Assembly (NCBI GenBank): GCA_964016885.1
Contig: OZ024742.1
Span: 71,920,001 to 71,984,000, forward strand
Origin: Eledone cirrhosa
Taxonomy: Eukaryota
Direction of reading: 5' to 3'
Length of the DNA: 64,000 nt
In this document: piece by piece, positions 34,541 to 46,100 of the stretch
Position numbering within the stretch: position 1 is the stretch's first letter
How the letters are laid out: every line of letters starts with the position of its first letter
Notes under the pieces: generated by a model
What the model saw: the letters and a program-made list of their open reading frames with translations, nothing else
Database searches by the model: none
Told to the model about the DNA's origin: nothing
Position numbers and translations under genes: made by a program

Positions 34541-35604
34541 GTATGGTAGAATATTAAGTGTTAAATGTTAATTGAACAAGTACTTTCATGCTTTCGCAAT
34601 CTTCAGGTTCATATTCTGTGGTGACAGTCAAGTTTACAATTTTCAACTGTAATGAGATGGGTAAATTTTGTGCCTTATATACAGTGAAAAGCGGCTACAG
34701 AATGCTAAATCTTGCAAACCGTATTTCGACCAATTGGTGTTTAGTTTCACTGGATTACTGAAGCTGATTGGTTTAGGCGTCATGGTTGGTTGAGCATGTC
34801 TAACGGCTTCTATTTGGCTCTATCCAAAGCATCAATTGTTTTGCTATTTTTAGAAATGATGTAAATAGCATTTTCTAGGGTTTTTATACCCCTAAGAATT
34901 ATTATTGTTCATGGGTTGGAATTTATCAATAAAATTATTTTCTTTGATTTTTCTCTTGATTTCACTTGGCCTGTTTAATTTGTAGAATGGAAATATTATA
35001 AATATTTTCTGACCACATGTTGCTAGATGTTTACTCAGGGGTATCTGACGGACATTTGGGTCTCTGATTTGCTGTCGGTGCACCCGTGCACGTTCCGATA
35101 GTGCATTTCCAGTTTGATCGACATATAGTTCTTCACAATTCGGGCATTTAATGCAATAAATTAGATTTCTGCTTTTGCAGTTCATATTTGCATTTGGGAA
35201 TATTTTTCAAAATTCCAACCCAAGCTAAATGAACAATAATAATTCTTAGGGGTATAAAAACCCTAGAAAATGCTATTTTCATCATTTCTAAAAATAGAAA
35301 AACAATTGATGCTTTGAATAGGGCCAAATAGAAGTCGTTAGACATGCCCAACCAACCGTGATGCCTAAACCAATCAGCTTCAGTAATCCAGTGAAACTAC
35401 ACACCGATTGGTCGAAATACAGTTTGCAAAATATAGCATTCTGTAGCCGCTTTTCACTGTATATAAGGCACAAAATTTACCCATCTCATTACAGTTGAAA
35501 ATTGTAAACTTGACTGTCACCACAGAATATGAACCTGAAGATTGCGAAAGCATGAAATTATTTGTTCAATTAACACTTAACACTTAATATTCTACCATAC
35601 TATT
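34537..35604 (-). mobile_element. 5'-truncated Penelope-like element: GIY-YIG fragment between inverted pseudo-LTRs
   Basis: ORF 34892-35185 CKSRNLIYCIKCPNCEELYVDQTGNALSERARVHRQQI; inverted arms 34537-34924 and 35210-35604. Confidence 0.88.
34573..34611 (-). ncRNA. Minimal type I hammerhead ribozyme (mirror copy at 35530-35568, plus)
   Basis: UGAAC-CUGAAGA-UUGC-GAAA-GCAU-GAAA-GUAC-UU-GUUCA: stem I UGAAC/GUUCA and palindromic GUAC stem III. Confidence 0.7.
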
Positions 35605-35941
35605 TCATTCTAATACAATTATAATTTTAAAGGATTATAAATAAAACGAGTAAATCAGACAAAGTTGGAATTCCTTTTATTAATATAATCTTCTATACAC
35701 AATCATACACACCCGTGTATATTTATTTATATATATATGTATATATATAGCTTTTAAGCTATTTTGTCGTATCTCTGTTCAGGAACACACCACTTATATT
35801 AAATTTATCTCCTTGGAGCTTTGTAAAAGTCTGAGAGATTGGCTACATGTTTTATATATTTTTTTTTGTTTAGATGGAAGACACAACAAAGAAGATGAAT
35901 ACAAAGATGAAGAAGATAAAGATAAAGATAAAGATGAAGAA

Positions 35942-36335
35942 CCTCACTGCACCGCACTGCACAGCACCGCACTGCACAACACCGCACTGCACAACCCCAC
36001 ACTGCACCGCACCGCACTACTGCACTGCACCACATCACACCACACTTCACCACACCCCATAAAACATACAACACTACACCACACTACTCCACACCACATA
36101 ACACCACAACACAACACACCATTCCTCACTACTCCACTCCACATAAAAACACACTACTATAACACAACACACCACTCCTCACTACAACACACCACACTAC
36201 TCCACACAAACACACCACACTACTCCACACCACATAACAACACAACACACCACACCTCACTACATCACACCACATAAAACATACCTTACTACATCACACC
36301 ACACTACTCTACACCACACACCCCACATAACACCC
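35942..36335. repeat. Degenerate CAC(C/T)A / CACTG pentamer array
   Basis: Directly visible; similar arrays at 37498-37850 and 38840-39050. Confidence 0.9.
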
Positions 36336-36339
36336 CAAA

Positions 36340-37497
36340 ATTTTTCCTCATCTTTTTTTCATGTGTTATCAACTAATCCGAACTCCAAGATGTTTGTTAT
36401 TGACTCTCTCTTCATGGAAAACTTAGGTGGATGCACTTCTCTCATTTAACCCCAGAGTTTTCTCATGTTATCAACGAATATGACCTCCAAACCAGTTGGA
36501 AATGATTAGTTGTTCTAGGAAAAAGGAGGGGGTAAAGCAGGTGGAAAAACCATTGTCGTTTTGTAGATATATACCCTAATGATTTTTCTTCGGTCTCCTT
36601 TTGAGTGCTATCAACTAATCTGACCTTTTAGTTGCTCTGAATCAATTTTTTTTTTCTGGGATTTGGAAACTAAAATTAAATCTAGCCCCAACACTAAACT
36701 CTAAATCTAAACCAAACCAAGCTAAATCTAAATATAAACATTACCCCAACCCTTAAACTAAACCCTAAACTATACCCCAACCATAAAACTAAACCCTAAA
36801 CATTACCCCAACCCTAAAACTAAACCCTAAACTTTACCCTAAACCCTAAACTTTACCCCAAACCTAAAACTAAACCCTAAACTTTACCCCAAACCTAAAA
36901 CTAAACTCTAAACTTTACCCCAACCCTAAAACTAGACCCTAAACATTACCCCAAACCTAAAGCTAAACCCTAAACTTTACCCCAAACCTAAAGCTAAACC
37001 CTAAACTTTACCCCAAACCTAAAGCTAAACCCTAAACTTGACCCCAAACCTAAAGCTAAACTCTAAACATTACCCTAAACCTAACCCAGGGAAATAAGTT
37101 GATTGGAAGCATCTAGGAGGTCAGATTAATTAATAGCACAGGAAATAGCATAGGAAATAGCATAGGAAATAGCATAGGAAATAGCACAGGATATTAATAG
37201 CACAGGAAATATACCGAAAATGATTATGTCCCACAACATGTGAGTGGGGTGTAGATCTGCAAAACTCTTTCCCTCTCCTCTTTCTCCAAAGCTAGTTGTT
37301 TTTGACTAGTTTAGAAGTCATATTCACTGATAACGCATGAAAATAGAATCAAAGAGAAAATTCCGAGTAAGCAGGGGTTATCCGGGTGAAGGGGGGAACC
37401 ACCTCACCCCGCCGTTTTCCTGGGGGGAGAAAGTCAGTTTCAGGCATCTTGGAGATTGGATTAGTTGATAGCACATGAAAAATAGGATGAAAAATGT
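36340..37497. mobile_element. Foldback-like element with three-module TIRs and a telomere-like central minisatellite
   Basis: Modules at about 36360, 36462 and 36605 are mirrored at about 37410-37477, 37275-37340 and 37087-37139 (GTGCTATCAACTAAT motif); core 36690-37085 of ~30-bp CCCTAAA-containing units. Confidence 0.65.
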
Positions 37498-39099
37498 TCA
37501 CATCACATCACATCTCGTCTCGTCTCGCCTCATTTCACCATGCCACACCACATTTCATCACATCACATTTCACCACGCCACATTTCATCACATCACATTT
37601 CACAACACCATATCACATCACATGCCATCACACCACATGCTACCACACTACATCCCACCACATTCCACTACACCATATCCCCCACCCTACATTGAACCAC
37701 ACTCCACTCCACTCCACCACACTCCACTACACCACACCACTGTCCACTACACTAAACCACACTCCACTACACTACACCACACCACTGTCCTCTACACTAA
37801 ACCACACTCCACTACACTACACCACACCACATTACACCACACCACACCACTGTCTATTCGACTGTTTTCTATTTCGTAGGTATGTCCAGTTACAGTAAAA
37901 GAAAGTTATTTCAAAGGATCTGAGTAAGTAAACACTTCATTGACCATCATTTTAAGCAGAATCTCAGTGTAGTTTTAAATTGACCTTTTCATATGATTAC
38001 ACCTCAGTCTTAATTTAATCACCTGTAGATGGATGCTACATGTAATGTTAAAATTAGTTAAACACTGTTTCCCCCTTCTCATCACATGTGGATGCTACAT
38101 GTGTATTGTTAACATTAATCTAACGTTGCCCCCCCCCCCCCCCCCCCCCGCCTCACCATATCATACCACACCACATCACACCATGTTGTACCACACCAGA
38201 CCACATAACACCATGCTATACCATATATATATATATATGAGCTCCCCACTCGTTATATTAACTGTATCTCCTCAGTGTTTCGTGAAAGTCTGAGAGATCA
38301 GCTATATATATGTTTACAATTTTTTTTTTATATTTAGATGGAAAAGAAGAAAAAGACGACGAAGCAGATGACTAAAATGAAAATGACGACAAAGACACGG
38401 GAAACGAAGATGACGAAAAGAAGAAAGTATGATCTCAGTTCAGTCTAAACCTAATGATTTATAGATATGATCTTAGTTCAGCCTTAACCTAATGATCTGT
38501 AGATACAATCTATTTAGGTTTAACTTAAACATTCAAAGATATTTGTATATACTTTTGTTGATGTTTGACATTATTTTTTAGTTATGAAATAGCTTATAAG
38601 CTACATTATAGGATCACAGTGCATGAGCACACTGCTCTTTAAATTAACTTTATCTCCTCAGCACTTTGTAAAGTCTGAGAGATAGGCAACACATATGTTT
38701 TACATTCTTTGTTTTTGGTATTTAGATGGCAGAGGAGAAGATAAAGGCACAGAAGAAGTCAAAGGCACAGAAGAAGACAAAGAAAATGAACAAGAAGAAC
38801 AATTATTATTACTATTATTATTGTTATTATTATAATCAAACTAAGCCACACTACATCAACCTATACCATACCACACCACACTGACAAACATTATACCATA
38901 CCACATTATCCAACACCACACTACGAAACACTGTACGACCTCACATCAGACCATGCTATGAAACAATATACCATACTACACTATACAACAATAGACAACA
39001 CCACACAAGACTATGAAACACTATACTTTACCACACTATATCACACCACTCAAGCTAGAGAGGATCAACTTTTTTCATGGAAAGTAGAAAACCTAACTT

Positions 39100-42000
39100 T
39101 AAGCTAAAACCGAACTTTAAAAATAACACTTACACTTGCACTCACACATGCTCTAACAGTGAACTTAGCGCTAACATGAAAACTAACACAAACACAAAAT
39201 CTGAAAACTAACATTAAATAGAAAACTAACACAAACACTAACCTGAACACTAACACTAACCTGAACACCAGCACTAAAACTAACACTACCGTAAACACTA
39301 ATACAAACACTAACACTAACCTGAACACTTACACTAAAACTAACATTAGCACAAACATTAGGCTGAACACTAGCACTAAAACTAACACTACCATAAACAC
39401 TAACACTGACCTGAGCACTAACACTAAAAGTAACACTAACACAGACACTAATCTGAAAACTGATACTAACCAGAAAACTAAGCTAACATTAACTTCAACA
39501 CTAAAACAAAGACTAATCTAACAGAGATACTAACACAAATATTAACACAAAAACAAACACTAACACAATCTCTAACACTAACACTAAAACTAACATTAAC
39601 TTGAACACTAACTCTAACCTGAAAACTAAGCTAACATTAACCTGAACACTAACATAAACACTAATGCTAACACTAACAGAAATACTAATGCTAACATTAA
39701 CGCTAACCTTAACACAAAAACAAAGACTAACACAATCACTAACACTAATGGAAACATCAAACACTAATGCTAACAGAGATACTAACACAAATATTAACAC
39801 AAAAACAAATACTAACACTAACACAATCTCTAACACTAACCTTAACACTAAAACTAACATTAACTTGAATACTAACACTAACCTGAACACTTACACTAAA
39901 ACTAACACTAACTGAGATACTAACACAAATATTAACACAAAAACAAACACTAACACAATCTCTCACACTAAAACTAACATTAACTTGAACACTAACTCTA
40001 ACCTGAAAACTAAGCTAACATTAACCTGAACACTAACACAAACACTCATGCTAACACTAACAGAAATACTAATGCTAACATTAACACAAAAACAAAGACT
40101 AACGCTAACACAATCACTAACACTAATGGAAACATCAAACACTAATGCTAACAGAGATACTAACACAAATATTAACACAAAAACAAACACTAACACAATC
40201 TCTAACACTAAAACTAACATTAACTTTAACACTAACCTGAAAACTAAGCTAACATTAACCTGAACAGTAACACAAACACTCATGCTCACACTAACACTAA
40301 CAAAAATGCTAACACTAATACAAAATCAAACACTAACACGAACACTAATGGAAACACTAACGCCAACGCTGGCACTGATGAAGATGGCTATGCTGGTACA
40401 AACACTAGCGCAAATGTTGACACAATCGATTACACTGACACAAACACTAACGTGAATACTGATGCAGGTGCAAAGGCGAATGCTGACAAAGACTCTGATG
40501 CACACGCTGATGTAAATGCTACACAGACTCTAACGCTGATGTGGACACTGACACAAATACTCACACTGATATGGAAAAAGCAAATGCAGACACTAATGCA
40601 AACACAGACGCAAATGTTGATGCAGATGTTAAAGCAAACGCAAATGCTGACGCAAACGATGACAGCGATGCTAATGTGAACCTTAATGCAGACGTAAACA
40701 TTGACGTAGAAGTTAAAGGAAACACTAATGAAAATGCTGACGCAAACGCTGACACAGACGCTAACACATGTTAACACAGATGCTAACGTAAACACTAATG
40801 CAGATGCTAATATAAACACTGACGCAGACGCTAACATAAATGCTGACACAGATGCTAACGTAAACGATGATGCAGATGCTAATGTAAACGATGACGTAGA
40901 AGCTAACGTAAATGCTGACACAGACGCAAATGTAAATGCTGACCCTGATGTAAATATAAATACAGATACAGACACTGACACAGACGCTGACATAGAAGCT
41001 AACACAAACGCTGACACAGACACTAATGTAAGCGCTGACGTAGAAGCTAACGTAGATGCTGATGTAGAAGCTAACGTAAACGATGACGTAGAAGCTAACG
41101 GAAACGCTGACATAGAAGCTAACAAAACGCTCACGTAGTTGTTACGTAGAAGCAGGCGTAGAAGTTAGCGTTTACCCTTACCGCCGAAGCTGATCTCCAA
41201 AATGCAATTGCTGATGCGGATTGCTGAAGCCAAAGCCAAGCTAACACTGACGCAAATGTTGAGGCAGTATTGCCGGGCGCTGACGTGTATGCTGACGCTA
41301 ACACAAATGCTGATGCGGATGCTAAGGCTAACGCTAACGCTGACGCAAATGCTGAAGTTAACGCTTACATGGGATATGCAGACGCTGCAATGATGCGGAC
41401 GCCACAGGAAAGGTTAATGGAAACGCTAATGCTAACGGAAAACGCTGACGTAGACGTCACGGAAACGCTGACGTAGAAGCTAACGTAAATGCTGACACAG
41501 ACGCTAATGTAAACGCTGACACAGACGCTAACGTAAACACTGACGTTAACTGAAACGCTGACGCTGATGTAGATGTAAATACTGATGCTGACACAGACGC
41601 GGTCGGAAACGCTGACGTAGAAGCTAACGGAAACACTGACATAGACCTTAAAGGAAACGCTGTCGCAAACGCTAATGTGAATGCTGATGCAGATGCTGAC
41701 GCAAATGTTAACCCCTACACAAATGCAAACGCTGACGCTAACATTGACTCAAACACTAATGCAAACGCTGACACTGAGGGAAATGCTGACACTGACACAA
41801 GTGCTGACACGGACACTAATGATAATGCTGACTCAGAAGCTGACGTAGACATAGGCACTGAAACTAACACTAATGTTGACTCAGACGCTAAGGGAAATGC
41901 TGACACAATCACTATCACCAATGCAGACGCTGACGCAAATGCTGACATAGATGCTGACACTTACGCAAACACTAAGGCTAATCCAAACACTAACGCAGAT

Positions 42001-42215
42001 GCTAACACCAGTCTACATAGACACTAACACAAAAGCTTACATAGACGCTTATGCAAATGCTAACGCTGATGCAGACAGTAACTCAAACAGTATCTAAGAG
42101 TAACAGTTACAGTAACACTAACAGTGACAGTAATGCTAACAGTAACACAGTCACTAACAATAAACTTACCATTAACAGTAAAACTTACCCTAACACCAAC
42201 CCTAAATCTAACATT
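39100..42215. repeat. 3.1-kb degenerate hexamer array (AACACT grading to GACGCT/AACGCT)
   Basis: Hexamer periodicity throughout; internal duplications of about 300-360 bp in 39500-40300; ~24-bp superperiod in 40770-41130. Confidence 0.9.
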
Positions 42216-42732
42216 AATCCAGAGAAAAAAGTCATTTGCAATCACATTTAAGGTCACTCTTTAAGATATAGAAGATAGGCATTATATTTTAATGATTTTA
42301 ATTTAAAGAGAATCACGCTATACGATGCAACACAATAACACACCACACCACACTAACCTACACTATACCAAACCAGATTATACCATACCTTGGTAAATTT
42401 ATGATAGGTTTCCATGTTATAACTACACCAAACTAAACCACACCATAACAAACTACACCATACTACATCACACCATGCTATTGAACTCAGTGTGAACAAT
42501 TTTCTTCCTGCTTTTTTTGTCTTTTTTTATGTGTGTGCTTACCACCCAATCTGACACTAAAAGTGTTCGCAATTAACTATTTTTTGCACATATTATCAAT
42601 GAAGACTTTGAAAGCTGTTGAAAATGACTAGCTTTGTAGAAAAAGGAGGGTGGAAAGTGGGTGGAAATACCATTCACAAAGCTTGTCATTTTTGATTGCA
42701 GTGAAAGTCATATTTGTTGTTAATATGGTAAT

Positions 42733-43065
42733 GGAGGCACATGGCTTAGTGGTTAGAGCATTGGCCTTGCAATCGAAAGGTTGTGAATTCAATTCTCAGA
42801 CCAGGTGGTGTTGTTTCTTTGAGCAAGACACTTTATTTCACATTGCTCCAGTTTACTCAGCTGTAGAAATGAGATGATAGGGACCCCAGTCCCTATCATT
42901 CCACTGCAAAGAGGTCGTGTAGGTGCCACGGCACAAACCACCCAGCACTCACTGTAAATGAGGTTGGTGTTAGGAAGGGCATCCAGCTGTAGAAATCAAG
43001 CCAGAATCGGTTCCCGTCCCACCCTTGCAAGCAGGGAAAAGTGGACGTAAAATGATGATGATAAT
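42733..43065 (+). mobile_element. Full-length tRNA-derived SINE with CORE-like domain and RTE tail
   Basis: A-box TGGCTTAGTGG, B-box-like GAATTCAATTC, TTGAGCAAGACACTT core, GGACGTAAAATGATGATG tail. Confidence 0.85.
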
Positions 43066-43129
43066 GGTAAAAGCATAGTCGGCTGTGAGCATGTTGGAGG
43101 TTGGAAAACCATACCACATTAAACTACAT

Positions 43130-46100
43130 CAAACTACACCATACCAAACTACACCATACTACATCACACCATGCTATTAATCTCAGTGAGAACATTTTTC
43201 TTCCTGTTTTTTTATTTTTCTGTGTGTGTGTGTGTGTGTGCTTACCACCCAATCTGATATCAAATGTGCTCACAAATGACTATTTTTTTACACATTATCA
43301 ATGTATATAACATGGAAACCTATCATTTGCAATAGGTTCCCATGTCATAACTACAACAATCCAAACCACACTATAACAAACTACACCATTCTACATCACA
43401 CCATGCTTTTGATCTCAGTTTGAAAAATTTTCTTCCTGTTTCTTTTTTTTTTTTTGTGTGTGTTCTTACCACCCAATCTGACATCAAAGGTGCTGCAATT
43501 GACTATTTTTCGCACATATTATCAATAATTATGACATGGAAAACTGTCGAAAATGACTAGCTTTGTAGAAAAAAGAGGGAGGATGTGGGTGGAAATACCA
43601 TTTACAAAGCTAGTCATTTTTGATTGCAGTGGAAGTCATTTTTTGTTAATATGCTAAAAGCATAGTCCACTGCGAGCATCTTGGAAGTTGTATTAGTTGA
43701 TAGCACATTCAAAAATGAAGGAAAACATTTTTTTCTTACATAAATCAAAGTGGAAATTTAATTCCTTACTTATAACAAAGCACACCACACCACATTAATC
43801 TACCCCAAACCACACCATATCAAACAGCACCATATTATGGTAAATTTATTACAGAACACCCACTCCTATCATTTAGATCACACCATGGTATGGACATCAA
43901 TGTGACAAATTTGCTACCTGCTTTTTTTTTTTTTTTTTTGTGGTTACCACCCAAACTAACATCAAAGGTGCTTGCAAATGACTATTTTCCAACATTATCA
44001 ATGAATATGACATGGGAATCTATCGTTTAGAATTGGTTTCCATTTCATAACTTCACCAAACCAAACCACACCATACCAAGTTACACCATACTACATCGCA
44101 TCAAGCTATTGATCTTGGTGTGAAACATTTTTTTCCAGTTTCCTTTTTTTTTTTCTGTGTGTGTGTGTGCTTACCACCCAATCTGATATCAAAGGTGCTC
44201 ACAAATGACTATTTTTGTACACATTATCAATGTATATAACATGGAAACCTCTCATTTGCAATAGGTTCCCATGTCATAACTACAACAATCCAAACCACAC
44301 TATAACAAACTACACCATTCTACATCACACCATGCTTTTGATCTCAGTTTGAAACATTTTCTTCCTGTTTCTTTTTTTTTTTTTGTGTGTGTTCTTACCA
44401 CCCAATCTGACATCAAAGGTGCTGCAATTGACTATTTTTCGCACATATTATAAATAATTATGACATGGAAAACTGTCGAAAATGACTAGATTTGTAGAAA
44501 AAAGAGGGAGGATGTGGGTGGAAATACCATTTACAAAGCTAGTCATTTTTGATTGCAGTGGAAGTCATTTTTTGTTAATATGCTAAAAGCATAGTCCACT
44601 GCGAGCATCTTGGAAGTTGTATTAGTTGATAGCACATGCAAAAGTGAAGGAAAAAATTTTTTTCTTACATAAATCAAAGTGTAAATTTAATTCCTTACTT
44701 ATAACAAAGCACACCACACCACATTAATCTACCCCAAACCACACCATATCAAATAGCACCATATTATGGTAAATTTATTGCAGAACACCCACTCCTATCA
44801 TTTACATCACACCATGGTATGGACATCAATGTGACAAATTTGCTACCTGCGTTTTTTTTTTTTTTTTGTGGTTACCACCCAAACTAACATCAAAGGTGCT
44901 TGCAAATGACTATTTTCCAACATTATCAATGAATATGACATGGGAATCTATCGTTTAGAATTGGTTTCCATTTCATAACTTCACCAAACCAAACCACACC
45001 ATACCAAGTTACACCATACTACATCGCACCAAGCTATTGATCTTGGTGTGAAACATTTATTTCTCGTCTCCTTTTTTTTTTCTGTGTGTGTGTGTGTGTG
45101 TGCTTACCACCCAATCTGATCAAAGGTGCTCACAAATGACTATTTTTGTACACATTATCAATGTATATAACATGGAAACCTCTCATTTGTAATAGGTTCC
45201 CATGTCATAACTACAACAATCCAAACCACACCATTCTACATCACACCATGCTTTTAATCTCAGTGGGAAAAATTTTCTTCCTGTTTCTTTTTTTTTTTTT
45301 TGTGTGTGTACTTACCACCCAATCTGACATCAAAGGTGCTGCAATTGACTATTTTTCGCACATATCAATAATTATGACTAGGAAAACTGTCGAAAATGAC
45401 TAGATTTGTAGAAAAAAGAGGGAGGATGTGGGTGGAAATACCATTTACAAAGCTAGTCATTTTTGATTGCAATGGAAGTCATTTTTTGTTAATATGCTAA
45501 AAGCATAGTCCACTGCGAGCATCTTGGAAATTGTATTAGTTGATAGCACATGCAAAAGTGAAGGAAAACATTTTTTTCTTACATAAATCAAAGTGGAAAT
45601 TTAATTCCTTACTTATAACAAAGCACACCCCACCACATTAATCTACCCCAAACCACACCATATCAAACAGCATCATATTATGGTAAATTTATTACAGAAC
45701 ACCCACTCCTATCATTTAGATCACACCATGGTGACAAATTTGCTACCTGCTTTTTTTTTTTTTTTGTGGTTACCACCCAAACTAACATCAAAGGTGCTTG
45801 CAAATGACTATTTTCCAACATTATCAATGAATATGACATGGGAATCTATCGTTTAGAATTGGTTTCCATTTCATAACTTCACCAAACCAAACCACACCAT
45901 ACCAAGTTACACCATACTACATCGCATCAAGCTATTGATCTTGGTGTGAAACATTTTTTTCCAGTTTCCTTTTTTTTTTCTGTGTGTGTGTGTGTGCTTA
46001 CCACCCAATCTGATATCAAAGGTGCTCACAAATGACTATTTTTTTACACATTATCAATGTATATAACATGGAAACCTATCATTTGAAATAGGTTCCCATG

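Noticed and set aside
36690-37085. True telomere or CRISPR-like array
   Set aside because: Interstitial and degenerate, with ~30-bp units and no unique spacers; embedded in a foldback element in eukaryotic DNA
35813-37898. His/Thr-rich ORFs suggesting a metal-binding protein
   Set aside because: Products of CACCA/CACTA pentamer arrays; a 5-bp period is open in several frames and argues against coding
42733-42805. tRNA gene
   Set aside because: A and B boxes are present but there is no full cloverleaf; it continues into a SINE core and tail
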